Of a stretch of DNA of 64,000 bases, positions 43,375-56,210 are shown piece after piece; the stretch's first letter is position 1, and every line of letters begins with the position of its first letter. The DNA is from Chrysomallon squamiferum (Eukaryota > Animalia > Mollusca). The stretch lies in assembly GCA_012295275.1 (NCBI GenBank), contig CM022670.1:26474001-26538000 (forward strand), read 5' to 3'. The translations under genes and the position numbers were made by a program. The notes below the pieces were generated by a model, which made no database searches, was not told the origin of the DNA, and was given only the letters and a program-made list of their open reading frames with translations.

Positions 43375-44575
43375 CCGACTTTTTTCATACCTGACAGGTA
43401 AATTGTCTAATGTACACTTTTCAGTGATGTTGACACGAACACGCTGTATAATTACGTCTGACTGCTTCAAACTGATATTGTTACATCGGACGAAAAAAAG
43501 CCGTTCCGGACGTGAGAGCAGTGAAGCAGAGATAATTTTGTTGTCGAAAATTTATTCATTTCGTTTTTGTTTATTTTTTTGATTTTTTGTTTTTCCTGTT
43601 GTTTATTTGTTGTTGTTGTTGTTTTTGTTTTTTTTTGTTTCTGTTGTCGTTGGTGTTGTTGTAAATTCACCTAAGAATAATTAATGAATAAAGTTTTGTT
43701 ATGTTTTGTTGCTGCAAATATTAATTTTTTAATGACACCTGATTAAACGGATTCTTTTCTTACATTCTTTCTTTCTTTCTTTTTTTTTCTTTCTTTTTTT
43801 TTTTTTCTAAACGCTATAGTAAATTATTTACTAAATTATTTTAAAAAAAGAAGGAAAAAAAGATATTGTAAAAATGTATACGTCTCAAATTTATTCGCAT
43901 AACTCATAAATAGGTGTGAAATTATCCACATACCTTATAAAGAATCACGTATTTTGTACAGTAGAATAACCTGTTATAATAGATATCTTTACAATAGCAT
44001 AGTATTTTGTTATTGTGAATACTTTTTTTCTTCTTCTTTTTTTTTTTTTTTCTATTAATTTTTTTTTTACTGTCTTTCTTTTCTTTTTTTTTTCTTTTCT
44101 TTTTTCTTTTAATAGAAAATTTGTTCATAAATTCCTCTATTTTATTTTATAGATAATTAACTATTTTTAGTTCTGTCTGAATTTCTATTATCGTGTCGGT
44201 AATAAGACTGTATGTTTATGTGCGTGCATGTGCGTGTATATGTGGCTATGGGTTTGTATATATGCGTGTGTAAGTGACTTATTAACGTTTTGATGTTTGT
44301 CCGTCGGGCAGCCATTAAAGATCTGTTAAATGAATAGCATAAAGCAAAAACTAGCTGGAATATATCGTCGAACATATTAAGAAGGAAAAAATAACTTGCA
44401 CACTGTAAGCTTATCGTCTTTTCTTAATGTTCAGCTAAGAACATAAAATGGTCCGGGTTTTCTTACAAACATTTTTCTTTATAATTAATTACTGTTAACA
44501 CTTCATTTATCTTTCAGTGGCTTTCACGTGTAAAAAATGTTTTAACAAGGTTTTTTTTTTACTTTTCTTGTGCAG

Positions 44576-44897
44576 GTGTTGTTCGCGCTCAATCAGACGT
44601 TGTTCCAGCACGAGATTTACCGCCAGACAAAGGGGTCCCTGCCGTACACGACGGATGACCTCATAGATCACTACAACTGCGGCGATCTCAATTCGATCAT
44701 CTACAACCACGACACCGCACAGGTGCCAAACCTCGTGAACTCGTCGCTGTCGCCGCATGACTTGCTGACGGCCAAGAGGATAGACGATTACTTTCGCGAC
44801 GAACTTATTAACAAACGAAATCAAAGAATGGCCGAGCGCGCTGTGCACTTGCTGAAGAGCAACCCAAAGAAAACGTTCTTCTTTGCTTTTGGTGCAG
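44576..44897 (+). CDS. TRABD2: Tiki exon 3 (VLFALNQTL...HYNCGDL...KRNQRMAER...FFFAFGAG)
   Basis: Acceptor acttttcttgtgcag| at 44575, donor GCAG|GTGAGA at 44898; 322 nt, phase 0 to 1. Confidence 0.97.
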
Positions 44898-46060
44898 GTG
44901 AGACAATTACATGATTTCTCTCCCATTTAGTGACATATTGTAATTCCGTTTTTAATACAGTTCCTGCTGCTACATTTCAAATCACTGATCTTCATTTTGG
45001 TTTTTAAAACTAAACTTTCGGTCGTCCTCTGTATGTATGTGTATGAGTGTGTTTATGAAATAGAGAGAGAGAGATAAAGTCTGGGTAAAGGTCCGTTTCT
45101 TTAATTATGTATGATATCAGAAATGCTCTTGATTAGTTAATCATTCAGTTTTCGATTCAAATAATTTTTATAAGAAAACAAAAATTAAACGGAAAAACAA
45201 ATGAAAGGATTTTTGTTTTGTTTTAAGTAATAAAGAAAAAGAATATTAAAATATTTAAAAATAAGTAAAAATATAAGAAGATTTAAAAAGTTTTGTTAAA
45301 AGGAAGACCGCAGGTCAGTGAAAAGTGGCGCATGCGCCGTGCGTAGTTTCCCTAGTCTCGGAGCCGTGTGTGTTACTGAACAATATTCTTCATTACACAT
45401 TCAGATAAAATCAGAGCAAGAAATGAGATGAAAACACATAACTTTCAATCACTGTATTAAGTTTTGCCTACTTAGTATACGCACTTAACAAGACTTCAAA
45501 GCAGCTCGTAAAGAAAAATATTTTTAAGGGAATAAAAACAACGTTTTAAAAATTAGTATTTTCTTTAGAAGACGTAAATATTTTTGTCTGGCTCTGTCCA
45601 CGGGAGTCGTAAACATTCCAAGTTTATTAAAAGGACTCTTAACGACTGCAGACTATTTACGTCAGAGAGATGAATTCTGTTTTCACAAGTGAAATTCTTC
45701 TTCCAAATTCTTAAGCGAATAACTAACAGTGGCGTACTCTAATGATGTCGTTTATTGAATAGACCGTCTCCGCGAGATGAACAAATATCCTACACTCATT
45801 AGCGGAACGTCGTCTGCCCGATGATTTACTCAGTCTGATCACGTTGTCAATATAAAAGATCCTATTCGTTTGACAGTTTCCCAGTAAACCCAACCCACCT
45901 GTCAAAATGAAAAGTAATATACAGTTATCATTATCAGCCGTGGAAAAACTTTCAGACGTGTCACAGTGAAAACCCAGTGACATTTTGGTGTCGTTTCGTT
46001 CACATTTCATTTAACATTTTATAAAAATGATTTATTTTTTATTTTTATTTTTATTTTTAT

Positions 46061-46110
<50 letters not shown>

Positions 46111-47119
46111 GAGAATACCTTTTAAGAAAAAGAAAATATAATTGAATTTGAAATCGTTTCATATAAAAATAAATAAAACTTTCTTATTTATTTACTTACT
46201 TACATCAAACTATGGCACTACATACATTTCTATCTATTCATTTTTCACTGGTTACTGTCGTTCATTTCGGATAGTTTGTTTTTCTTAATAAACAAAATTC
46301 TATTGAAATTTGTATAATATAATTATATTCGTTAAAAAAGTTATTTTAATTAATTAATAATAATAAAAATATAAAGTATTGACTTTAAGAAAGAGTCTTG
46401 ATAAACTTTAAAATTTTCGCAAACATTTTTGATAAATATATATTCACACATTAAACTAAGCCTTAACGGAATAGTTCCGATAAATATTTATCGACGTTTA
46501 TCAAAAACCTGTATAAAAGAGGACCAGAAGGAAGTCCGATAATTTAAACTTACGACTGGCATCTGTCATGAATATATTTATTGTCTTCTTTAACGTCCGC
46601 TCTTAATTATCAGATTTGTATTTCACACCGCTCATTATGGCCATTAAACACGAATTTTGATGAACGTGTTGATATATCGCAAACATTTTCACAGTATGAA
46701 TCTTGTTCCGGAAGTCGTTAACTCTGACATCTTGAACATTAATTAATTCTTAACATAAACATTTATTCTGGCAGTGGATTCAGAGCAATTACGGTAAAAT
46801 GAAAATATTTGTTAAGCAATTATCATACGATATGTCCTAGTTAAAACTGTCCTTTCCGATACTGTTGTTTACATTTTAAAATGAATGGTATATTTTTTTG
46901 TGATTCAATGCGTTCGTTCGGATGCGTTTAAAACCATGAAATCATAATAATTAATATGTAATATTATGTAATATTAATTATTATGGTTTCATGGTTTGAA
47001 AATTATGAACTATTTTACTCTTTATTTTTATTATTAAAAAAAAAAAAAAGAAAGAAAAAGCATGTACTAAATAAAGAAAAAATTATTAGTCACTTTGTAA
47101 AAGTGGTAGCAGAAGTAAT

Positions 47120-47368
47120 CAGTGGCATGCAGTGGTGGGGGGGCCGAAGGGGGCGGTGGCCCCAGGCATCCAATCAGAGAAAAGAACTTAATAAATTCGG
47201 TTGATTTATATTTAAATCGAATAAAATGTTTATTTTATGTTTCATCTGTGTTTACATATTCAAAATATCTTCCTTTCTCATAAGATTTCTCAGTACTTAT
47301 ACTCGAGTCTTTGGGTCATACAATCATGGAGTTGGCCCCGTGCATCACCAGACTTTTGCACGCCACTG
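47120..47368. mobile_element. Non-autonomous hAT-type DNA transposon (MITE), 249 bp
   Basis: TIRs CAGTGGCATGCA ... TGCACGCCACTG (11/12 match), perfect 8-bp TSD GAAGTAAT at 47112-47119 and 47369-47376, subterminal GGCCCC-n-GCATC motif near both ends. Confidence 0.88.
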
Positions 47369-48001
47369 GAAGTAATAACTGTACCATTATTAGTATTATT
47401 GTTATATTTGTTACTGTTGATATAGTAAATTTTTGTATTGTAGTAGCCGTATTTGTTCTTTTCATATATTAGTTCCATAGTAGCAGTACAAATACTATTT
47501 TAAATGCAAACTACTAAAACATGGATCATTCCCAAAACGATATAATATTAATATTTTCATGAGTAGTTTAACAATGCATCACTTTCTGAAGATAATGTCA
47601 GTATTTATGAAGGCCAGATGTCATAAATATATATATCCATTTCTACTGCAGTGTTTCACATGTGTTCCATGTGTTTCCAACACACTATAATTACTGTCAC
47701 GTTCCCGGGAACCATAAAGCAGAGGTGGGGTAATGGAGTCCCTTTTGAGACCAGAATATTCCACAGAAAAATATGGTCCTGTCGTTACACCTCTTTTTGC
47801 GTTTTCTTCATATCAAATCACGGGGTTAACCCAAGACAGACGACTGGTGTTTTCGCAAATGTTCTCTTGATTCTAAAATGGAAAGAAAATGTAGGAGATT
47901 TTGTTTTTTCACCTGTTCTAAATGAGACTGACAGGAAACGTAAATTGATGCAGAAAATAAAAACGGTTTCATGCACCCAACCGCAAATGCATGATTTTTC
48001 G

Positions 48002-48055
<54 letters not shown>

Positions 48056-48427
48056 GAATAGATGTGGCATTGTTAAATCTAAGGAGTTTCTTATTTTGTT
48101 TGTGGGCTTTCCAAATTTAGCTTATAAACATTGTTTGAATATAAAGGCAGATCAAGGTTTAAGCGCCACCAAAGTGGCGCATAGCATCTTGCAGTGAGTT
48201 TAACAGAGATACGAACCCATATTTCATAAAACATAAATTTTCTGCAATAATTACTATGGTAGTTAGTTCCTAGAAAAAAGAAAAAATGTAAAAAAAATAC
48301 GTTAGAAAATAATACCATTTGTTGTGGTTTTTTAGTCTTTTTTTAATGACAAATATTTATATTTTTAACTTAATACTCTTTATTACAATGCTCACGTGCT
48401 AAAATTTGGTCTACAACTTACAGCAGT

Positions 48428-48511
48428 GTCAGGATGGCCGAGTGGTCTAAGGCGCTGCGTTCAGGTCGCAGTCTGGTTCTCCAGGCGTGGGTTCGAATCC
48501 CACTTCTGACA
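48428..48511 (+). tRNA. trnL-CAG: tRNA-Leu(CAG) copy 7
   Basis: 84 nt, T-loop TTCGAAT, T4 downstream. Confidence 0.97.
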
Positions 48512-48830
48512 TATAATTTTGAACTTAGAATTAATTTTTTCACCCTTTTTCACCCTTTATCATATGACAACAAAATTCACAAATTTAAAACATCGTATGA
48601 ACTGGATTGTATGCATCGCCTTCTGATTTGGTATAAAGAATATTAACATGAATTTAACATTAAATTTGGTTGATACCGTGAATTTCTTTCAGCTTAAAAT
48701 CTAAATTAAGCTTCTTGTTAATGAGTTTGTTAAAAACAATATAAACAGCACAAAATAAATATTAATTTCTTTGCCTATTTTTTTGTTTATTTTTATTAAA
48801 TATAAATCGAAACAAAAACGAAAAATTATA

Positions 48831-48914
48831 TGTCAGAAGTGGGATTCGAACCCACGCCTGGAGAACCAGACTGCGACCTGAACGCAGCGCCTTAGACCAC
48901 TCGGCCATCCTGAC
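48831..48914 (-). tRNA. trnL-CAG: tRNA-Leu(CAG) copy 8
   Basis: Reverse complement identical to copy 7; convergent with it, T5 downstream. Confidence 0.97.
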
Positions 48915-50041
48915 GTTAAAGCGAATTGAATATGCAATTATTAAAACACTCATTTTTAGACATTATTATGATTTTTTTATTTTTTTTTTTTTAATTTCTT
49001 TATTTTTTATTTTTTTAATGATTTTTTATTTTATTTTATTTTATTAAATTATGTTTTTGTCGCAGTAATGTTTAGTGTAAATGTAAGATATTTTCAAAGG
49101 ATTCTCTTCGAACTACAAGTAAACTTATTGAAAGCTACAATGTAAATCTGAATTGAACCAGTGTGTAAGTGCATGTGTGTAAACATGTCAGCTACTGTTA
49201 TTCATCTATATAATTCAAAAAACAAGAAAAATTATAAACTAAATATGAATAGAAGTAACTATTTTAGTGAGATTAAAGCATGAATGTCTTGGGTGTGATT
49301 GACACTTCGGCTACGTCGTTGTCTGTGACAGAATGTCGAAACATTTTAATTATTCTGTTAATAAAGCAACGTAACACTGACACTCCAAACTGTTTATATC
49401 GCATGTCCAAGAAAGCATGCTTTGCACCAGAAACTGATAATGACTCCACCATAGCTGATCTTTTAGTTAAACTGAAGTACATTAACCAGTTAAAAGTGTC
49501 CCGGTCACAGCTTTCTTGGTACAGATTCCAGGAAGAAAATGTCGCGATCCTGTTTACCAAGAGGAAATGCTCGAACTTAATCCTTGGAGGATTCTGGACC
49601 CCTGACATTTCACGTTATAAGTAAAATCAGCCCCAGGAGGCTGAGCTACTTCCTCGGAAACAGTCGTATTAGTGAACACGCTCACGTGTAGATTGGAGCT
49701 AGTCGTGTATATATGTAAGTACACACGTTTCGTCCAGATTTCTTCAGCAGATCGAGCATTTGGTCCAGTTTGGCAGCGTTCAACACCCATCCCAGCTCGT
49801 GTGTCTATAATCAGTCGAGTAACATGTACAAATATTTATACTGATATCGAACTAACATACTTGAATTAGGAAGAAGCAGGATCTTATGCCAATTATTTCT
49901 ACGTGGATATTTTTTTTTTTTTTTTTTTTTTTTACACCAAACATAAAATAAAAATAAATAAAGAAGAAGAAGAAAGAAAAAGAATTAAATTAATAAAATA
50001 TTTGCGTATTTGTCAATTTTGTTAAAGGGTGACAAAATGTA

Positions 50042-50125
50042 TGTCAGAAGTGGGATTCGAACCCACGCCTGGAGAACCAGACTGCGACCTGAACGCAGCG
50101 CCTTAGACCACTCGGCCATCCTGAC
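50042..50125 (-). tRNA. trnL-CAG: tRNA-Leu(CAG) copy 9
   Basis: Reverse complement identical to copy 7; shares about 230 bp of 5' flank with it. Confidence 0.97.
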
Positions 50126-50954
50126 ACTGTTGTAAACTGTAGACCACATTTTAGCATGTGAGCATTGTAATAAAGAGTATTAAGATAAAAATATAAATAT
50201 GTGTCACTAAAATTTTTTTTTTTTAAAATGGTATTATTTTCTAACGTTTTTTTTTTTTACATTTTTTCTTTTTTTTTAGGAAATAACTACTATGGTAATT
50301 ATAGCAGAAAATTAATGTTTTATGAAATCTGGGTTTGTATCTCTGTTAAAGCCAGGCAAAGTTCGGCTATCTTGTAAGAGCACTAACTGACCGCAAAGTC
50401 CAGTCTCGTATCAGCTGGTGTTTGTTAAAACGAGTCTTTATGATAACAGTCTAACTTTCTAAGATAATAATCTTCAAATTGGCTCAAAAGTCATTTACAC
50501 CTCTTGCTAATTCCCCACAGAGGAAAGGAGAAATGATGACGAATCACATTATGTCGTCTGCAGTGGCTGTAACTGATGATTCGAGTCGACTTCAAAGTCG
50601 AGAAGCGATTCGAGTACGTAACATATTTTGGATAGTTAATTAAGTTAATTTTACTTTTGCTTCTGTTAATGCTTGCAGGCGAGTAATGTATACAGATACT
50701 TATTTGTTTGAAAACCGCATTCTTCATTTCACAGATGTTTTAATACACGATCTCACTTTCCAGAGGAGTTTAGACTAGATGGTTTAATATAATTATAAAT
50801 ACAATTCCATATTGAGTATAATTATGTAAATGATTTGATTAATTGAAAGAGCAAATTAAAAGATTAATAGGAAGTTAATCAAATAATTCAAATGAATGAA
50901 TAAAATGATGGATATGTAGACTGATATTTGGATAACTGTTATTAATACAATATA

Positions 50955-51119
50955 CAGTGTTCCCTCTAAACCGCGCGGTCGTTGTACGGATGTTGTGCAT
51001 AGTTATCAAAATGCTGCCTGTCATTCCAGTTTACAAAATACTGTTGTTTTGTATTTCCCTTTATACTCAGAGCACCAAAAATTCAGCTCAGTGGTTTGGA
51101 ACGGTTAGAAGGAATGTTA
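50955..51119. mobile_element. Possible decayed hAT-type MITE
   Basis: Left end CAGTGTTCCCTCTAAACCG; right end CGGTTAGAAGGAATGTTA differs from its reverse complement mainly by transitions. No clean TSD. Confidence 0.4.
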
Positions 51120-51776
51120 CTGATATGTGTATTTTAGATGATTATAACTATGTAAAGTCAACAACATTAAGAGTAGATATATAAAGTGTGTTGGTCCAGA
51201 CTGTATGGCTAGATGGATGGATGAATAAACGGTTGATTGAACAAACGAAAGAACGAACAAATGACTTATTAATAATTTGTTAAATAATGATGCTTTAAAA
51301 ATCAGCCTGAACTGTATACTGTAAACTGGTAATACTTGTAACTTACCAACAGATAAAATCCAATGTACATGATGAATACGAAGCTTACTAAAATTCTAAA
51401 ACTGACTCCATCTTTTTATATATTTCTTTCTTCTACAATACAGACTACCATACAAGTAAATGCTTCTTTAAAAATGGATGGTTAAAAACCTAACCCGTCT
51501 GGTGTCTTGACAAACTAGTATTTTTCTTGTCTGCGCATTTTGGGTAAATTGTCTGATACGGTATAGTTCAGACAGGCAAATTCTGTCAGAAAGATGGCAA
51601 TCGAGTGACTGAGTTTGAGAAATAAGAGCCAGTTATTAACAATAATTACCGCACGGCGTCTTTGAACAGCGGGTCTTTGCTCTGCCAGTCATAAAGCGCA
51701 AAAAGGGTTGATGTTAGATTCTACTGAAAGAGCAGAGCCGATTGCCATCTGATTTATATTCTTATTCTTTATCTTT

Positions 51777-51814
<38 letters not shown>

Positions 51815-52798
51815 TTTTTATTATTACTAAGAATATTAAAGAATCTAGAAACTGAGGAAAAAATAAATTTAATACTCGTTTGGTAGACAACTTGTATATA
51901 TATACCAGTATATTAAAGGCATTAAAGAGTTGGGGTTTTTGTTTGTTTGTTGTTTTTTTAATTATCTGTTTATGTAAAGATATTCAGATAATTAAAAATA
52001 AGGAACGTCAACAACCTAAAAGTCTGGGTTTTTTTAAAAGGGATTTTTGTTGTTTTTCTTGTTGTTGTTTGTATGTGGGGGGGTTGTTGTTGGGGGAATT
52101 TGGGGGTTTTTTTTTGGTTTGTTTGGGTTTTTTTCATTCTTATTTGTTTTCATTCCCTCTCCCCACCCAACTCTTACATACTCTATTTTACGTTGTTTCT
52201 CATGCTTTTAATGAAACAGTAACTTATTTGACTAGTTTGCATAAGTGTGAAGCCTGGTAAAATATAAGAAATGTTTGCTCTAAAAACAACAAAAAAAAAG
52301 ACTGAGAAAATGAAAAACATTGCTTTCTGCGAACTGGTGTTGAACACTCATGAATGACAAATTTGCACCTGCTGTTATTTGAGATATAGGTGCTACAGAT
52401 ATATCTCACTTCCTAATTACATTTTTTTCTTCTTCGTCCTATTCGATTTATTTTTTGTTTATTTTATATTTTTTCATTTTTATTTATTTTATTTTTTTAA
52501 ATTTATTTTATTGTTTTTTTTTCTCTGAGTGAGTGAGAATAAATAGTTCGTTTTCTTCGATTTTAATTAAGTACTACTAGATTTTTTTGTTTAACATTTT
52601 TCTTTTTTATGCACCCTCCTTTTTTATTCTTTCTTTCCTTTTCTTTTATCTTTATTTTAATTTTTTATTTATTTATTTATTTTATTTTATTGTTCTGATT
52701 AAATGGTGTTTTCCTTGCTTTCTAATTTGCAAGTTTTTATTTTAATTTGTTTTATATTTTATTTTATTTCATTTTATTTTATTTGTTTGCTTTTTTTT

Positions 52799-52831
<33 letters not shown>

Positions 52832-54874
52832 TTTATTTTATTTTTTTTTTAGTGAGAATATATGGTTCGTGTTCTGCGTATTTTACTAGATTAATAGAAT
52901 TTTTTTTATTTTTTTTAAATCTTTCTTACTGTTTCTTTCTTTTTCTTTTATTTCTTATCTTTATTTATTTACTTTTTTCTTTCTTTCGTAAACAGTCATA
53001 ATGTAATCGGTTTCTAAAAATAGTGACTACATTTTTTTTTTATTCTTCTTAATATAAGTTTTTGATATTTATTTTTATTTGGTTTATTTTGTGAATTTGT
53101 TGGTTTTTTGTAGGTTTTTTTTACTTTCTTTCTTTCTTTCTTTATTATTTCTTTAATTTGTTGGTGTTTTTTAATTATTATTATTATTATTTTTTTTTTT
53201 TTTTTTTTTTTAATTAGAATTATATGGTTTCCTATTTTCTTTTTTCATTTTATTTATTACTGTTGTTGTTTTTACTATACTTAATAGAATAAGAGACCAA
53301 CACTATAAACATAATCAGCAACAGACAGATAATTTATACATTTTTTGTTAAATCTATCATATTTTTCTTAATCTTTGTTTTCATTATTCTTTTTACTCCA
53401 TATTAAAGTAATATAAACATTAGAAGAGTATTTACCAAATCTTCGTTGTTCGAAATCAGCTTGCAATCTGAACTAAACACGTGGTTCTTTTCCATCAAAC
53501 GAAGAGTTTTAACCAGCAGACGACTGTCGACCTGTCAATCAAAACAAGCGAATGCGAATCGCGCGAGATAGATTTGGTATTTTTCCGGGCACGGTTTAAA
53601 AATAAATTTAGAAAAATAGTCATTTTAAAAAAAACGAAAAAAAAAGAAAAAAAAACAGAGATAGATATCGTTTGCGAAATTAATACCACAAATACAGCAT
53701 TCTTTAGGGTTTCTTTTTCTAAAATAAAATCCCAGAAAAAGCGTTTTTTATTTGTTTGTTGTTGCTTTTTTTTCTGTTAGAAGTAGTAGAACATTTTGTG
53801 TTTGTTCCAAGACTATCTTGATAAAATTTGACTTTCATCTTCTTCTTTTTTTTTTCCTTGAAAGTTACCATTATCTTAAAACAAGACGATAATTAACTTC
53901 TTGAAGTCGAGAAAATAAATCTGGCGACTTTTTTCTTTTCCAGTTTGCATCTATGTTTCTGATTCTTGAAAAATATACGTAGTAAATAAAATTAGTTCAG
54001 ACGTCTAACATACGTTTTACATGGAATAAATAGGTTTACAGGAAAATTAAAAAAAATTGTGAAAATCATCCACTTACAAAAATTGTAATCAATTCCGATA
54101 ACAATAATAATAATTAATAATAAATTATTTTTTTAAAGGGTAAATTTCATCTTTAATTATATGTAATATCATATCTACATATATTCTATTTCATTAAAAT
54201 GTATTTTTCAGTTAATAATAGCTAGTATGAGATATGTTTTGTTTAAATTATTTTTATTACTATTTCTTTCTTTATTTAATTATTTATTCTTGTTGTTATT
54301 ATTATTTGCATGTATATGTATATTTGTGCGAGAATATGTGTTAGTTATTCATTATTAATTTATATAACAGGTTCATATTCATTTTTTAATTTTTTATTTC
54401 TTTCTTATTATTATTATTTATTTATTTTTATTATTAATTTTTTTATTATTATTATTATTTTATATTTTTTCAAATCACATGAAATAAATCAATTCCATTA
54501 TATATATTATAATAAAAGTTATAATAATAATACAATTATTTTTAAAATTATTTATTTACATCAGTGCATGAATATAACGGTTTTGACGAAACCGGAATTA
54601 TCAGATTGGTTTTGGCGGATCCGAGACGGACATAACGGTTTTGACGAATCCCAGTTAACCACGAGTCCTTAGAAAAATCTACAAGAGCAGTACCGCGAAA
54701 TGGCAGAGCCGAGGCGAAATATGACAGTTAATTTAGCGCAATTAGTGAAATGAATTTATTGCGGTTATAGACATCAGTCCGTGTCAATTGTTGGAATGAA
54801 TTTATGTCAATTACAGAAATGAGATTTTATTGATCATCCAAGTTTATTAGTGACGCTGTTTGCTTTTCTTTCAG

Positions 54875-54965
54875 GTCATTTCCTCGGCAACAATTCTTTG
54901 ATTGACCGTTTGGTGGAAGCTGGCTTTGATGTTACCCATACTGCCCCCGATGCAGAAATACCCCC
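54875..54965 (+). CDS. TRABD2: Tiki exon 4 (GHFLGNNSLIDRLVEAGFDVTHTAPDAEIPP)
   Basis: Acceptor ttttctttcag| at 54874 completes the split Gly of the GAGH metal-ligand motif; donor CC|GTAAGT at 54966. Not in the ORF track. Confidence 0.95.
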
Positions 54966-56210
54966 GTAAGTGGATTGGTCAGTCTGGCTGGTTTTTTCGT
55001 CTTCGTTTTTTTTTTTTTTTCTAAATTTAATAACTTGTAATGTTGGCGTTTGTAGTACAAACAAACACATTTGATTGAGTGATTGTATCGCAACAAAAAT
55101 ATCGATTCTCTTTGTTTGTTTTATCGAGCAAAAAGACACGTCCATAAAAGTGGTCTTTATCACTTGAATAGAAAACGAAAACAGAGAAGGTGAAACTGTT
55201 AGTAAATATCGTGTTGACGTTTTATTTCCTCAGTCAGTCATTTCGTTTTATTTATTACTACTGTTTCTATTATATCGTTTTTTTCTGATTCTGTTCAAAT
55301 TCAGAAATTATACTGAAATAATTATACAATTTAAAGTTATATTCTCGCGAGCATAAAAACGCAAACATAAACATAATTTATAGAAAACAATACAAACACA
55401 ACCGCAGTCATTTTTTTCTGGGTTTGTTAGGAGAAGTAATGTGTTTTATTTTTTATTTTATTTTTTTTGTTATTATTATTATTTTTATTGTGAACTGTTC
55501 TAATAAACAGATGAATCTATCAACACCGAACTTCTTTTTTTTCTTAAATAACAGCAACAACAATGACAACAACAACAGTAACTGATAATAGTAATAATAT
55601 TAAGGATTTGATTAAATTTAAAATATAACAAACTCAGTGTTGTTATTAATTGTATTTAAATACATCTACAGAAAACTTCACACTATAAATATCAGACCTG
55701 TGCTATTACTAATATACCGATAAACTAAACGAAAAAAAAAAAATCAAAAAAGAAATCAAATCAAGAAGAACGGTTTTATAAATGATCAAATTATGAACAT
55801 AATATCCTTGTCCTAAACTCAGAAAAACATAATAGTTTTGGGTTGAATAAATTACGCCTGGATATACTTCTTTTTTTTTTTTTTTTTCTTCTTTCTTCTT
55901 TTTAATATCAGAACCCTAGTTTTTTTTTTGAGCCTGTACAATAAATATCAACTTAAAATCAGTAAATGCAAATTCCATCTTTTTGATATTTTTATGATTA
56001 TTATTTTTAATTTTACAATCAATATTTTAAATTATTTTTTGTAATTTTATTTGCATAATGTTCATTATCATTAATAAATAATAAATAATTTCAAATGAAT
56101 GACAAAAAAAAATTATTTTTTTTTAAATAAAATCTATTTAGACTTTGCAGTCTTCTAAATTTATTTTCTTTAAAAAACAGTAATTTAAATTTTTAAAAAT
56201 CTCTTTTCAG

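Larger units (their letters stand above)
48199..50350. repeat. Inverted duplication, arms about 48199-48511 and 50042-50350 (tRNA plus 5' flank)
   Basis: tttaacagagatacgaaccca...cttaatactctttattacaatgctcacgtgctaaaat...GTCAGG matches the reverse complement of 50042-50350 with scattered substitutions. Confidence 0.9.

Noticed and set aside
44507-44926. 139-aa minus-strand ORF (also 54876-55163 and 60425-60655 minus)
   Set aside because: Antisense shadows of real Tiki exons.
49273-49869. Four overlapping ORFs of 65-114 aa between tRNA copies 8 and 9
   Set aside because: No recognisable domain, no convincing splice sites; expected by chance in a higher-GC patch.
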